64,000 nt of DNA, taken from positions 1 through 64,000 of the forward strand of contig NKIB01013093.1 in NCBI GenBank assembly GCA_002256025.1. Direction: 5' to 3'. Positions 24,013 through 36,807 of this stretch are shown piece by piece. Position 1 is the first letter of the stretch, and every line of letters begins with the position of its first letter. Origin of the DNA: Asterionella formosa. Its lineage: Eukaryota. The notes under the pieces were generated by a model, which worked only from the letters and a program-made list of their open reading frames with translations, made no database searches and was not told the DNA's origin. The position numbers and the translations under genes are program-made.

Positions 24013-25578
24013 ATGCAGCGGTGCTTCTCACTGCTACTGCTCTCACTAGTATGTTCATTTCATGCAGTAACTTGTTTTAGCGTCAACCCAGCGCAAGCAA
24101 GTACGAGACTTCAGTCAACAGCAACGACAGCCATTCCAATAGCACCAAGTATTGTTCCCACCTCAATACCGCCAGCAATCTGCCGAGAACTTACCATCAT
24201 TGACGTAGAGTCCGTACTATCTGGAAGATTTATGTGGACGCATGAGAGTCTAGCGGCGTCTGCTTCATTGATGAAGCAAGGCAATCAAGACCTGGTCTTG
24301 CTAGTGTGCAAAGGTCAACAGAATGCAATGTACGTTGGAGGTCCATTGGCCAATGGTGTCGGAGTCATATTTGCTTCCGACGCATTTTCACATACCATTC
24401 AACATGACATGCGACAATGCTTTCATACCTCTGTCATGACCTTGGACTCTTCCACTTGGAGTGATGGCACTGCCATTTTGCATCCCCATAACGCACTTGC
24501 TAACTTGGAAGCTATGGGACCTATTCAAAGTCTCGACATTCAACAAACATCCGTTACTACGCAAGATCTAATGGATATTCAATCTGAAATTGAAGGAATA
24601 CGCGAAATTTTAAAACCGTCCCATCAAAGAGCATCACCCACTTACAAAAAGTCCATGTCACGAAAGAAGAGGACTAAACTGACCAAACAGCTGGTGCGAT
24701 CAACGACAAAGCAGCAACCAAAATTTATAAAGGCTATGAAGCAAGATATGGGTGTCAGTACACCCGATTTATTACTGAGACGATTAGAAGAAGGTGGATG
24801 CACTTTTATCGATATGAATGAGGAAGGATGGTGGCAAACGTCTACTTTGGTGTTTCAGCAACAGGCACCGTCCCATGCACACATTGACCTTGACAGTCGC
24901 ACTCTGTGTGATGTTCCTGTTCTAGAAGTAGCAGTAGTAGGTTGCAAGACGGTTAGACTTTTGGTACTTTCAGATACGCATGGTTTTGAAGACCAACTAT
25001 TCAAAACGAACGAAAACAGCCAAGTGTTCCCTCCAGCTGATATCCTTGTCCACTGCGGAGATTGGTGGGGCAACCACAATTCAAGAGATCGCTTGGACCA
25101 AGTCATGGCTGCCCAAACTCATATTCCTACTAAAATTGTCGTACGGGGTAACCACGATCCCATTCATTTCAATTTCGCCCTCAGCGGAGCCTCCTACATT
25201 ACCAAACCCTGTATCATGGAAATGAATGGGTTGGTCATGGAAATTCGTCCATTTCGTCGCAGTCGCACTATTCAGCCCTTGTTACACCCTAACGTTGATA
25301 TTCTTTTGACACATGAGCCACCCTATGGAATTCTGGACCTTACCTATCGCAAGGAGCGGGTGGGAAGCATTGTTTTACGGCATGCGGTAGAGTCGTCCCC
25401 AAACAAACCGAAATTGTGGTGCTGTGGCCATATTCATGAAGGACGAGGGGCCAAATCTCACATTTTTGGTAACTCACAGCAGCGAACGCTTGTAGTGAAT
25501 TGTGCCAATGCGAATTCTGGTAAAGCGAAGCGAATCATTACGGGGCCAGTCTTGATTGACTGTGGAGGGAACACTTGA
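24013..25578 (+). CDS. Calcineurin-like metallophosphoesterase (MPPED-like C-terminal domain) with probable bipartite plastid presequence
   Basis: ATG at 24013: MQRCFSLLLLSLVCSFHAVTC|FSV (signal peptide, Phe at +1). Motifs SDTH, HCGD, GNHD, THEPP and GHIHE. Confidence 0.85.
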   Translation: MQRCFSLLLLSLVCSFHAVTCFSVNPAQASTRLQSTATTAIPIAPSIVPTSIPPAICRELTIIDVESVLSGRFMWTHESLAASASLMKQGNQDLVLLVCKGQQNAMYVGGPLANGVGVIFASDAFSHTIQHDMRQCFHTSVMTLDSSTWSDGTAILHPHNALANLEAMGPIQSLDIQQTSVTTQDLMDIQSEIEGIREILKPSHQRASPTYKKSMSRKKRTKLTKQLVRSTTKQQPKFIKAMKQDMGVSTPDLLLRRLEEGGCTFIDMNEEGWWQTSTLVFQQQAPSHAHIDLDSRTLCDVPVLEVAVVGCKTVRLLVLSDTHGFEDQLFKTNENSQVFPPADILVHCGDWWGNHNSRDRLDQVMAAQTHIPTKIVVRGNHDPIHFNFALSGASYITKPCIMEMNGLVMEIRPFRRSRTIQPLLHPNVDILLTHEPPYGILDLTYRKERVGSIVLRHAVESSPNKPKLWCCGHIHEGRGAKSHIFGNSQQRTLVVNCANANSGKAKRIITGPVLIDCGGNT

Positions 25579-26603
25579 AGGGAAATGACGACGAAATCCA
25601 CGAATGATACGAATTTTGATGTGCATTCATTCATCGGCGTAGGATGGTTGTAAAGTTGTCAAGCGTATCTGTAGCAGTACAGGCAAAATGTGGTGATGAC
25701 ATGCGGCAAGGAAGACATCATAAGATACAATCGTCGAAATCAAAACGCGGTTGATTTGACCTATGCACTTGTAGTTGCTCCCAAGGTTTATACCCTCAGC
25801 ATTCCAGCAACGATATCTATTATGCTGCAGTGGAGTCCACGACACTTGGACTTCTGAACCTCCCACATATTTATGAATTCTTGTCATTGCCTGTCATCAT
25901 GTTGGCAGCTTCAAACCCCCTTGAAAGCTTGCTCGGACAAATGTTAGCTGATGCACGCAACAAAGATAGATGGCCATTACTCAAACCCTGTTATATGTTT
26001 TCAAAAGTCTTGTACTATCCCCGAGGCATCAGTTTTGTCTGCATAGAGCTCAAAACTTGCACTAATGGACACAGGTGCATCCACGACATCCAACCACATA
26101 CAAAAGCGGTGCCCCGATCTGGATATTACAACATGTTTTGATCCAAATTTTTATCATTTTGGGATCACGTTCCCCTCGCGCTGCGTAGGGGACAAGAAAT
26201 GGTTGTTTTTCATTGGAATTCCAGCTCATTGATCTTGGCACCATTTTCTCTTCCACCAAAACATTGAGCTGAGCCACTGTTTGTTGCGCATATGGGCCTA
26301 GGGCGACACTGAGAATGGAATTCGAATAGGCAAATACATCGCACACATTCATCAAACAATGGGGTACGAGCATCAATCGCATCCAGTTAAGGGAACAAAA
26401 TATTGGTTCTCGTGATACTCAAAATGGAGCATCCAGCTTTTAAGAAGTTTTCTCAAAGTTCTGACCTATTTAAAGCGTATGTTTCTTCCTGAAAATTTGT
26501 CGCAATTCAAGCTCAGCATTGATATTAGTATGTAACATTGTATTTTGTGCATTAGGCTCAAAAATCTAGGAACATCCAAGTATAAAGTATTTGTCTCCTC
26601 CGG

Positions 26604-28043
26604 CTACAGAGGGACAAATGAAAAGTTTTGATCTCTTTGAACCTTATGGTCCTCCCTAAAAATTTCTCTCTTCTTGAGCTCAGCATCAATATTTACATGA
26701 AACGTTGTATTTTGTGCATAGGACCCGAAAATAAAACCGATGCCGGAATGTGAATGGACATAGACGTCGCAAAACTTTATCAAACGAAAGATGGAATGAA
26801 GAATAACCACCTCTAGCCGAGGCGATTTAGATGGTACTTGTCCTTCCCAGCCTCCTTCGATTCCTCGATGACGGGTACGATTCAGATAAATCCAGTTGTG
26901 ATGAGGGTAGTTAGATTCCGCTTCTTCTATTGCGTTCTGGTCGTCGGTAAATAAAATTACATTCTGATGAAACCTATCTGGGACAGCCTTCTTGGCGGCG
27001 TCCATATACTCCTTGATGGCGTGATACCGCCGTGTCATTTTGGTCCGCAGCACCACGTCGGATCTTCGTACGTGAAGACACATGACCGGTCCTATAATTT
27101 CTGGTACGTTGGTCTTGACATAATCATATATCTCCTTCCGAAAACTTTGCTTTGGACGAGCGACGTAGTTCAGTAGATACGAATATGGTTTGATGTAGTT
27201 TTTGATTCTGGGATATAGGTTCAAAAAGTAGTTTCCATTGAAAGCCATGACTGCCTTATTCCAACACGAGGAAAAGGGTAGAAAATAGCATCGCATATCT
27301 TGCGTATCACATTGATCCTTGGCGTACATCCAAGGGGCGCGACGAAACACATTAAAGCTCATCTTGTTCCTCCTCCCATACTCCACACCATCAACTACGT
27401 TTCCAATATCAGCACCATACCCGGTGCTCCACATCTCCTTGTAAATGCTTGTACTGTTATTGCACGTTTCGATGTACTGACTCATGTATACTTCACGAAG
27501 ATACGATGCTTCTTCCTCGTCCTCCAAAGGACTAAAGCATAAGTGTGTATCATTCTCCTTACTAACACCCCAATCAACATGATGCTCCCACCATTCATCC
27601 ATGTTGTTGTCCCAAGTTACACAAAATGGAAATTTCAATTCTTGGGGTGGATTTCCCGATTTTTCACTAGACTCCCTATCAGATTCGTCTGTTTCTGAGT
27701 TGTATGTAATATTTGTCGATGCTCCCATCAATTTGTCTGCTATCATATGTGGCAGCGATTTGTCCGTGACAGGTTCCGATTCGGGCGCTACTAATGCACT
27801 TGATGATACATCTAGATTCGGAATCTCCAGTTTTGGTAATGATATGAACGAAGCATTCTGTTTTGAAGTTTCAGAAGGTTCTAATGGTGCGGTTTCCATG
27901 TTAGACTCGGGAATAGCCGGGAATTCGACAAGGGTTTTTAAGGAACCGATACACTGAAACAAGACCAAGATCGGTATAACAATAACGATCCAATAATTGC
28001 TGCCTCTCTGGCAAGGAACTTGATTATTTGTGAGCATATTCAT
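26604..28043 (-). CDS. Type II membrane glycosyltransferase, alpha-1,6-fucosyltransferase (GT23/FUT8-NodZ)-like
   Basis: N-terminal TM helix and stem, with motifs GYGADI, LHVRRSD, ILFTDD and CDVYVHSHSG resembling GT23 motifs I-III. Confidence 0.78.
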   Translation of the reverse strand: MNMLTNNQVPCQRGSNYWIVIVIPILVLFQCIGSLKTLVEFPAIPESNMETAPLEPSETSKQNASFISLPKLEIPNLDVSSSALVAPESEPVTDKSLPHMIADKLMGASTNITYNSETDESDRESSEKSGNPPQELKFPFCVTWDNNMDEWWEHHVDWGVSKENDTHLCFSPLEDEEEASYLREVYMSQYIETCNNSTSIYKEMWSTGYGADIGNVVDGVEYGRRNKMSFNVFRRAPWMYAKDQCDTQDMRCYFLPFSSCWNKAVMAFNGNYFLNLYPRIKNYIKPYSYLLNYVARPKQSFRKEIYDYVKTNVPEIIGPVMCLHVRRSDVVLRTKMTRRYHAIKEYMDAAKKAVPDRFHQNVILFTDDQNAIEEAESNYPHHNWIYLNRTRHRGIEGGWEGQVPSKSPRLEVVILHSIFRLIKFCDVYVHSHSGIGFIFGSYAQNTTFHVNIDAELKKREIFREDHKVQRDQNFSFVPL

Positions 28044-28442
28044 ATAAGAGGGCTGTATAGCTATTTCAAATGAAGGACGAGATGATGACAAAACATCAGA
28101 CGAAAGATAGCAAAATAGAAAATAATATGATTTGTATATAATGACCTGGATTTTGTGTAGGAATTAATACGGTGGTCAACCAGATACCTGGTACATGGTA
28201 CCTGGTAGCTGGTACCAGGTACCATCAGTACACAATACCGGTAATATCGCTCTTTCCTTTTTTCATTTATACGAGTAACAGTTACCGGTAGACTAACTAC
28301 CGGCATGTATTTTCACAGGAAATACAGACCGGTAGTGTCCCGGTACATTCTGTACTTGTACTTAGGGGTAACCATGGTGATCATGATGCAAACGAGCAAC
28401 ATGCAATGACATATATACACATACCGGTATGCGATCTACAAT

Positions 28443-28529
28443 TGCTTTGCGGTAATTGTGCTTAACTAAAGATTTAGCTTTGTTTATCTCAAATTAAATT
28501 GTTTATTTAAGCAAATTGACCACAACTTG
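28443..28529 (-). mobile_element. About 88-bp MITE-like element, copy C (inverted)
   Basis: Reverse complement aligns along its length with 40070-40156. Confidence 0.75.
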
Positions 28530-28964
28530 CTGCTGAAGTGTGCGTCGACGCCAGTACATTTTAATTACCTGGTACTCGAGTACCTGGTAGCAGGTACTAT
28601 GTGCAGCGCGCTGTGTGATGATGGCGGCAAGCAAAATACCGGGAAGTGGAACAGCAGAAGGATGATTCGAATCCGCGTCGTCGAGTTCGCCATGTGCTCC
28701 TATGTACTATCTATATGTATCCGTAGCTATTTAGTACTATTACATGGCACCGTTTGCACAAGCTACTTGGAATACCGGTAGTACTGCTGCCGGTGGAACC
28801 CTGTTACCGGTATAGACTGTAGCACGGTATACCATAAATATAGTTTATTAATTCTTAACTATCCTCTTTGCGAGATTCGCTCGCTGCTGCTGTAGAAGCC
28901 TTTGACCTCCTTGGGTCCTCCAAAGTCGGAGATCCCGTCACTTTCTCTCCACAGTGCATCCGCG

Positions 28965-29969
28965 ATGAACACAACCGCCCATATCGCATCGGTAGAAGCC
29001 CTAACGGATGACTCCGCACTCCTGGATGTAACTGGCTTTGAACGTATTTCCGATGCATTGCTAGGTCTTGCGTTTTTGACGACAGCCATTATTGCTGCCA
29101 AACGCATGAGCTGGTCCAGGCAACAAGGAGGCGCTGAAACGACGGTTGTGACCGCATTTTACTCCCTCATTCTTTTGACGAGCAGTCTGCGTACTATTTG
29201 GTTTGTGGTGCCAAGTTCGGTTTGGCAACCCTCCTACACGCCCAAGGCATGTTTCGCGTTCGATCCGCTCTACCCTTCGTGGTTTGGTGCATTCCTGTCA
29301 GAAGTTGTTTTGACAGCAGGATCGTTGGGACTTTTCTCTATTTTTATCCTCATTTTGGTTTACTGGGCCGACATTCTAAAAAAATACTTTTATCCCGGTG
29401 CCCGTCGGTCTCGTCCAATGATGACTTTTTTTGCTCTTGTTACTCTCTTGGTGGTGTTGGAGGTGGTCAATTCGCTACTGTTTTTAATGCAAGTATACTC
29501 CAGCGAGGCCATGATTTTATTCAATTCCTTGCTGTTGGCAACTGTTAGCATGATTTGTGTGGTCGAAATCACGATTTTCTCTCATCGCTTCCAGACGGTT
29601 CTTAAGACTCTAGGAGCGATCAATCAAGTCTCGACAGAAAGTCAAGTTAAGAGAATTGTGTGGATTACAGTCACTGGAAACCTTTTTTTCGCTGGGAGAG
29701 CCTTGTTGGAAACAGCCTTTGCTATACTCTTGCTGGGATATTGGCATAAAAACGGCAACGTCGAAAAAGTATTTTCCCACAAATTGTGGGATTCGTATAT
29801 TTTATTGAAGCATTGGTCGGAAGTCGCTATTTTAGGATTGATGCTGTATATTTTGCAATCAAGATTTACTGCCGCAGCAGCACGAGCTAGTGAAGGATAT
29901 GAAGCGGTGCCAGACACCGAACCTACCATTGCCCAAGTTGCAAAGAGTGACATGCCAGTTGTCGTTTAG
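28965..29969 (+). CDS. Multi-pass (about 7 TM) membrane protein, TOM1/THH1 (DUF1084)-like
   Basis: ATG at 28965. About seven hydrophobic segments, LFSIFILILVYWADI motif as in TOM1/THH1 proteins, and a C-terminal YEAV sorting-like motif. Confidence 0.75.
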   Translation: MNTTAHIASVEALTDDSALLDVTGFERISDALLGLAFLTTAIIAAKRMSWSRQQGGAETTVVTAFYSLILLTSSLRTIWFVVPSSVWQPSYTPKACFAFDPLYPSWFGAFLSEVVLTAGSLGLFSIFILILVYWADILKKYFYPGARRSRPMMTFFALVTLLVVLEVVNSLLFLMQVYSSEAMILFNSLLLATVSMICVVEITIFSHRFQTVLKTLGAINQVSTESQVKRIVWITVTGNLFFAGRALLETAFAILLLGYWHKNGNVEKVFSHKLWDSYILLKHWSEVAILGLMLYILQSRFTAAAARASEGYEAVPDTEPTIAQVAKSDMPVVV

Positions 29970-30797
29970 TTTTTGGAGTTGGAAGAAACTTAGGTCATGC
30001 TTTTTGAGATTCACACTTGGATCTAAAGTTGACAAAAAAGTTATAGATAATAAATTATTAACATTTACTTACTGTGCGCATGGAACTACATTATCAAAGT
30101 CATTTCTATCTTTGCTGATTGTTGAGCAAGGGTATTCTTGCCTTTTCGTGCCCTGAACCTAGATTATACCTAGTTATACCTTTACTTCACTTGATACTTA
30201 CCCATGCATACCGGTGTTTTTATACCTGGTACAGTGCGCACTCATGTTGTACTGGTACTCTGAATAACACATTCCGCTTGTTTGCAGCATAACATTTGCT
30301 ATTGCAATTGTGCATAAAATCAGGCGCTTTTCGCATTACCCGCATTTTTGGACTTTAGGCAATGACCACACGCCAAATGTCCTTGCATCTGAATATTATT
30401 CAGCTAATACTGATCAGGATTTTTCTTCCAAGTTACAACACTGATATGAAATGGTGAATGATTCTATTGTGTGTTCCATCAGAGGAGACAAGCTCCATCA
30501 CCCTGCCTGCATGTATGCACCATGAAATCCTATCATGAAGCTACTGTCCAAGCAAAAAGATTAAGTAACATCAGGCAGCATTACATAGGATTGTATTTCA
30601 AAATAGATTCTTACATGATATATTTTTGCTACTAAGCACATTCTTAATAGTATCCACATTTATAATACATTTCAGGGGACATGAATTCAGGTTGCATTCC
30701 CAGTAACATCTACTTTGCTAATGGTCTTTGGTAGAATCATCAAATGACCAGGTGATAATTGTGTGAGAGATATTCCAATTGAAAAATGCTTGAGAGT

Positions 30798-31140
30798 CAG
30801 GGGGGGGGAGGGGGGGGGGGGCACGGTTGNNNNNNNNNNCCCCCCGCCTCCCCCTCCCCCCCCCGCCTCCCCCCCCGCCCGCCCCCCCCCCCCCCCCCCC
30901 CCCCCACGGATGATAAATTTGAACAAGGAATAATGTTAGAAAGGACTCTTACTGTGTTTTGAAAGTAAAATAAATGAGAATGCATTTAAGTTTTGGGGAG
31001 AGGAGCAGAGAGTCTCGGACTGACGTGCAAAATGTCTATATTGGTTCGTTTCATTAAATAGAAAAACCTCTCTTTCGAGAATTTCACTGTCATCAAGATT
31101 GAATCGCGAAATGATTGTCGTCATGGACTCTCCTTTGATA

Positions 31141-31200
<60 letters not shown>

Positions 31201-31253
31201 CGGCGGGGGGGNNNNNNNNNNCTCCTTTGATACGGCCCCCCCCCCCCCCCCCT
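30798..31253. other. Two assembly gaps (N runs) flanked by poly-G/poly-C tracts
   Basis: N runs at about 30830-30839 and 31212-31221 sit inside homopolymers. CTCCTTTGATACGG occurs on both sides of the second gap. Confidence 0.9.
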
Positions 31254-32168
31254 CGTATTAGCAATAAAGTGTAGTGTAACCCTGAACATCCTGGGGAGCA
31301 ACAAACGTACCTTAACTCATGTGCCAGGATCATAATCAGGTTGAGCTTCACAGAATTGCTCTGTCAACATTTAACGAATATGCATATGAATTACTCCTAT
31401 ATCAGTTTTTTCTGAAGATAGAGATCACAACGACACCATCATTAGGCAAATACAAGAATTCATGTATTGTTAGTGGGGCACAGCTCCTTGTTACATTTGC
31501 AAAACTTTCTGGCACTTGAGGAGGAAGTATTCATTATCGTCAGGATTTTGTTGATTCTGTTCTATGTAATGCGTCGTATTGTATTGATCTTGGGGACGCA
31601 GATTACATACATAGAGAATGTCACCTTTTCGGGCAAACCGTACTACCGGTAGCTGCGGTAAAAGTCGTCGCTTTATCATTCCAAAAATTGTGACATGCCC
31701 AAGATCGCTATTGATTGTATAATAAATCTCTTTCTACAGAAGTTTACAATAGCTCTTGTAATGTGATTATGGTATTTCCGTCTTTGCTTGGCTTGTTGGG
31801 GTCATGATCAGAGATGATGACACATCGAGAGCCACCACAACATTGAATGAAACAACTCTGTGTTTGTAGCTGACAAACGGAGCTGGGTGTCTGGTAGAAT
31901 ACATACCGGGAGCCTACGGACTAAATGATTTTGGACTGCTACCTGGTACCATTAGTATCATATTTCGGGGTGCTATTTTGTACTGGAATGTACATACGAC
32001 GCAAGGATGGCTAAAATTCTCTGTTGATATTCTGAAAGCTTCGTTCCATCCTCATCTGCGGAAAGAAAAAGATGCTAGAACATCATGCAAATTGTAATGC
32101 GCACATTCTTTCGTTCACTCAAACACGACTTGTCGTCCCTTACTCAGATCGTTCACTAATTCGTTGCC

Positions 32169-33616
32169 ATGAAGCTTTCAGGTATGTTGTGTGTCCCACA
32201 CATACTGAAGATGTCGTTCGTTGATGCTTTGTGATTGATATCCGGAAGGACAGAAGAAGTAAAAAGGCGCTTGTAGAGCTAATCAGGGAACATCAAGATG
32301 GAAGCGTTGGATCGTGCTGGTGCAGCGTATGTACAGTCCTGCACTGTCAATTTTTGGCCAGATACTTTCGTTGCCCCGCCCAATTGATCGTCCAGCAACA
32401 AATACTAACTCGCCTCTACCTATTCCTCGTCACTGCAGCCGTAGCTATCTTTTCTATTGGCGCCAGCACTGTCAGTGCTGCCGTGAGCAAGGTGGCGCTC
32501 CACAAGCGCTCCGATGAAGACATGATTGCCGCTCACTTGAAGCGCGAGCGGGATGCCTTGCTTGCCTTTTACGAGTCTGGAATCCAGCCCGGTGTCACTC
32601 AGCGCCATCTTCGTACAACGGTCGCAAACAGCGAGAACGAAGTGATCAGCGACTACGCGAATGCTCAATACTTTGGTGTCATTAGTATGGGAAGCCCTCC
32701 TCAGTCATTTACTGTTATCTTTGATACTGGAAGTTCCAACTTGTGGGTCCCGAAGGTTGGTTGCTCTCATTGTGGAAATCCCTTCTTTGGAAAGAAACAC
32801 AAATATGACCACACGACCTCGGAATCGTACGAAGAAGATGGTAAGACCTTTGAAATCATGTATGGATCCGGGTCTGTCAGTGGCTACTGGAGCAAGGACG
32901 AAGTGACCATAGCGGAAGATATCGCCATTAATGGCCAGAGATTTGCCGAGATTTCCGATGCTGGTGGTCTTGGCATTGCCTATGCTTTTGGAAAATTTGA
33001 CGGAATTCTTGGATTGGGATTTTCCTCCATTTCGATTGACAACACTCCCACCGTCTTTGAAAACGCTATTCAGCAAAATAAAGTCGATCAGCCAGTCTTT
33101 GCCTTTTACTTAGGCGACAATGGTCCTGGGGAGTTGACCTTTGGTGGATACGATCCAGATAAATTCGAAGGAGATTTGGAATTTGTCAAGTTGGAAGCTG
33201 CAACCTATTGGGAGATCGCCATGGATGGAGTGTCGGCTGGAGCCTTCAAAAAAGAGGGCAAGATAACTGCTATCGTTGATTCAGGTACTTCCTTGTTGGT
33301 CGGTCCCAAGGCAGATGTTTCCCAATTGGCCAATGCCCTTGGTGCTACTGCGAACATTATGGGCGAGTACACTATTGACTGCAAACTGGTCAATGACTTG
33401 CCCGACATTGTATTTACAATTGCTGGCAAGGACTACACAATCCCTGGGCCATCGGCTGTTATTCAAGCACAAGGAACATGTCTGTTCGCCGTCATGGGCA
33501 TGGACTTCCCTGCCGGTGGACCACAGTGGATTCTTGGGGATGTCTTTATGAGAAAATATTACACTGTCTTCAATTATGTCGACGAGACTGTTGGCTTCGC
33601 TCCAGCAAAGAAATGA
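32169..33616 (+). CDS. Pepsin-family aspartic protease (cathepsin D-like); exons 32169-32181 and 32439-33616
   Basis: MKLS+g|gtatgt...TACTAAC...cag|cc gives signal peptide MKLSAVAIFSIGASTVSA. Catalytic FDTGSSNLW and VDSGTS, YGSG flap and WILGDVF. Confidence 0.95.
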
Positions 33617-33793
33617 GAATTTATATAACATGTTTGTGACATATGCATTCATTGGTTTCAAAAGTCGATTGGCGAAGATATTATCCACTAGCATTGCAAC
33701 AACACAAGCTTTTTAAATTGATGAAGAATAGTTAAAATTTAAAGTACATATACATTATAGTGATACATCATTCTAGTGCTTCGTAGAAACAAG

Positions 33794-34423
33794 TTAAAAA
33801 AGTTCAAACTCGTTCCTTACCGTCACTCGATGAACATGCTCGGTGACCATTGCTGCAATCCCATCAATTAGCTTAGGGGCAACGTGGTCGCGGAATCCAA
33901 CAATGAATTGCTTGGGTCGTAGGTTGTCAAAGATGGCAAGACGGTGACGACGATCAATTTCTGTTGTTGTTGTTGTGGCAGCAGGGGCAGTAGAAAAATC
34001 AACATTGCCGATTGCTGCTGCGAGAGAAATGTTGCAGTTTCCTAGTTTCATGGTGTCAAGACGAGATGATGGCGGGTTAACAATACCAAAAGCAAGGGAG
34101 AGTGTGGCAGCAACCATTGTTAAGCGCATTAGAACCATGTCAAAGTGATTCCTCCGATTGAAGGAGGAACTGCTCTTGAGGGCAGCGAAACGACGGCGGT
34201 GAAAGTTCCTCGCCTTTTGACGAGCTTCAATTTTGGCGAGGAGACTATTTGCAATCTGCCGAGTCTTCGCACCCTTAATGGCACGAAGAGCGTCCGCTTC
34301 TTGACGCGCATGCAATTTCCTTTTGGCTCCAAGAGTTTCAACATCAATTTGGCAGGCGATGCCTGTTTGTGGAGCAGCGTCGAAATCGACAAGATGTCTG
34401 TCGGTGGAGTCAAAGGGAGCCAT
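33794..34423 (-). CDS. Hypothetical protein, 209 aa, basic helical region plus one TM segment
   Basis: ATG-initiated ORF with gene-like GC/CpG content and hydrophobic MVLMRLTMVAATLSLAFGIV. No family recognised. Confidence 0.6.
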   Translation of the reverse strand: MAPFDSTDRHLVDFDAAPQTGIACQIDVETLGAKRKLHARQEADALRAIKGAKTRQIANSLLAKIEARQKARNFHRRRFAALKSSSSFNRRNHFDMVLMRLTMVAATLSLAFGIVNPPSSRLDTMKLGNCNISLAAAIGNVDFSTAPAATTTTTEIDRRHRLAIFDNLRPKQFIVGFRDHVAPKLIDGIAAMVTEHVHRVTVRNEFELF

Positions 34424-35625
34424 GTTGGTTGAACATAGGATTTACAACAAAAATTATGTTTTTATGAGTTTGGAGGGAGTGCTTTATTGGATGGAGGTTT
34501 TGTCAAGTTTTGGCTCACAGCAACATGAGGGAAGGAATGTGTACGTTGGAGTGTTATGACATTCTTGTCACAGTGTAAAACTAACTATTATCCTTCCTAT
34601 GTATGGTCAATGTAGCATGCAGCATGTAACTAAGATAGAAAATCACCTTCGTCAGCGAGCTGCTCCACATCATTCAGACAACTACTTACTAGACGTACCG
34701 GTGCTAAACCCAAGTACATATAGCTAAGAATACTGAATCATTTGTTCCTTTCGTTCTTAAGTTGCACCGGTAACCTGACTCAGCAAACCTTTCGGGCTCA
34801 ACTTGTACCACTACCGGTACTCCTACTCCTGTGAGCGAATCTCTGTGGTGTGCCCTATTCACAACTGTGCGTAAGTAAAGAGTATTCTGACATATGACGT
34901 AATCAACGAAGAACATTCGTTTTATTCCTACTGTGTTTTGTAAAACATCACAACTAGGGCTTTCCAATATTACTTGAGGGCCTACGGTATCCTGGGTGCA
35001 ATATCTGGGGTCACGAGGTAGCCCCTGGTGGCCTAGAATTAGTAAAACCCTCACCCTACTATATATAATATTTTGCGCCTAAAATCCCTGCCTTCTTAAA
35101 ATCACATTGACCATGTCAGTATTATTCTGTTGGTTTACTCAACAATTTTACTACCTCCCGTGCTGCTTGATTTATCAACATGACCGGCATGAGCAGCACT
35201 ATCAGTAAACACATCAAGCAGCATGGGAGCAAACGATTTGGTTTATACTATATTACCTATTTATTGTTAAGCATGGCAAATCCGTGCCTACATGACCAAC
35301 CAATTCACATGCAAAAGCTCTTGAGCTTGACAGTTGTGAACTATCTGGGGTTGAAACTGTAAAGGAATGCATCAAATACGGTCCTATATTAGTTACAATT
35401 AAGTTACTACAATTATTTCACAACCAGCCATCGCTGTGCAATAGACTTCGATTTCATGTTCATCCTGAATGAACTCAGCCATGACAACAACAAGATTGGA
35501 TGGTAAAATTATTTAAATGTAAACATAAAATTTATTCATATGAATGTTTTTTATGTACAAAATTTTACTTAAGCCAAAATTATTTAGTACTGGTAGCTAT
35601 GGTGGCTACCTAATGTAGTTTCAGG

Positions 35626-35662
35626 ATGCACCCAGCCATACTAGTACTATGGCTGGGTGCAT
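35626..35662. repeat. Perfect 15-bp inverted repeat (hairpin)
   Basis: ATGCACCCAGCCATA - CTAGTAC - TATGGCTGGGTGCAT. Confidence 0.9.
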
Positions 35663-36807
35663 GGTCCAGTAGTGTACATTTGATGCGCACCTTTTCAGGT
35701 GCAATTCACTCCCAATGATTCATCCCATGCCAGTCTGACAAGATGGGCCAGCTTTCGATGAAAATAATGTTCCTTACGTAATTTTGTAAGATGTTACTCT
35801 TATTGACCAAGAATGATGATTTGCAGAATCAATCTCTGAACATGACTCGGATTTGCTGCCTGATCAACCGGTTCAGCAACCGTCTTCTTGCTTCAAAATA
35901 CAAATAGGAATTATTCTATGCTTGGAACTTCCTGATTACAAATAGAAACTGCTGACTATGAATAGAAATTGCTGACAACACTAGAATGTGCTGACAACAA
36001 CCAGAACTTGAGGGTGAATACACACAGATTTTCTGAATGACCCTTATGCAAATGAAGTACCGCTATATACATGAACATTCACAACTGGGTGGAGTATAAT
36101 ATACCCCCTAAAGGCCATGCTAATACTGCTAGCTATGTTTGAACATACACAATGTTATATCTATAGACATAGTAACAGTCATTATCACGCCTGATGCAGC
36201 AGCGTACAAGGCAGCAGTTACAGGCATATTTGCAAATATCATACAGATCACATAAACTATGGCTCATAGACATTGGATATACTGCATACTCAGGGTACCC
36301 AAGGTAGCCCTTGTAGATGCTAGTAAATATTTATTTAGATAAGATGCTGCGATTTGTTTCTATGAGATCATATATAAAACGCCTTGACCATGATGAAAAT
36401 AGCGAATTTCTCCACAAAAAATGATAATGATGGTTTGCTATTCTTGGGGGGTTACATAGATCTAGCACGATACAGATAATTCAATCGTAAAAGCACTAAT
36501 TTTGACAATAAAAAATTGAAGTCGCCGATGGCGGATTGCTTCATGTAGTTTAAAGAAAATGCACAATTCAAAATGACGAAGTTATGAAGGCCAAGATTTA
36601 ACAGTTTCACAGCATGCAATACGCTACACTACTACAGTAATCTGTAGGTCAAGCCAAATTTTGTTTGATTCTCTTTTTAACAATACATCAATTAATAATC
36701 CATTAATATATTCAAAATGACAATTTTGTTTATGAGTACTGGTACTGATCCAGTTGATTACTAAATATGACTAGAAATTTGCTGACAATGACAAGAACTT
36801 GCTGACT

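Noticed and set aside
25627..26460. Gene between the phosphoesterase and GT23-like genes
   Set aside because: Only short broken ORFs on both strands, with no motif or consistent splice model.
30798..31253. Poly-Gly/poly-Pro ORFs or a G-quadruplex locus
   Set aside because: The homopolymers abut N gaps, and a 14-mer is duplicated across a gap with G versus C tails. This is most likely a sequencing or assembly artefact.
32231..32438. N-terminal extension of the aspartic protease in the ORF track
   Set aside because: It lies in an intron (32182-32438, TACTAAC branch point). The spliced model gives a proper signal peptide.
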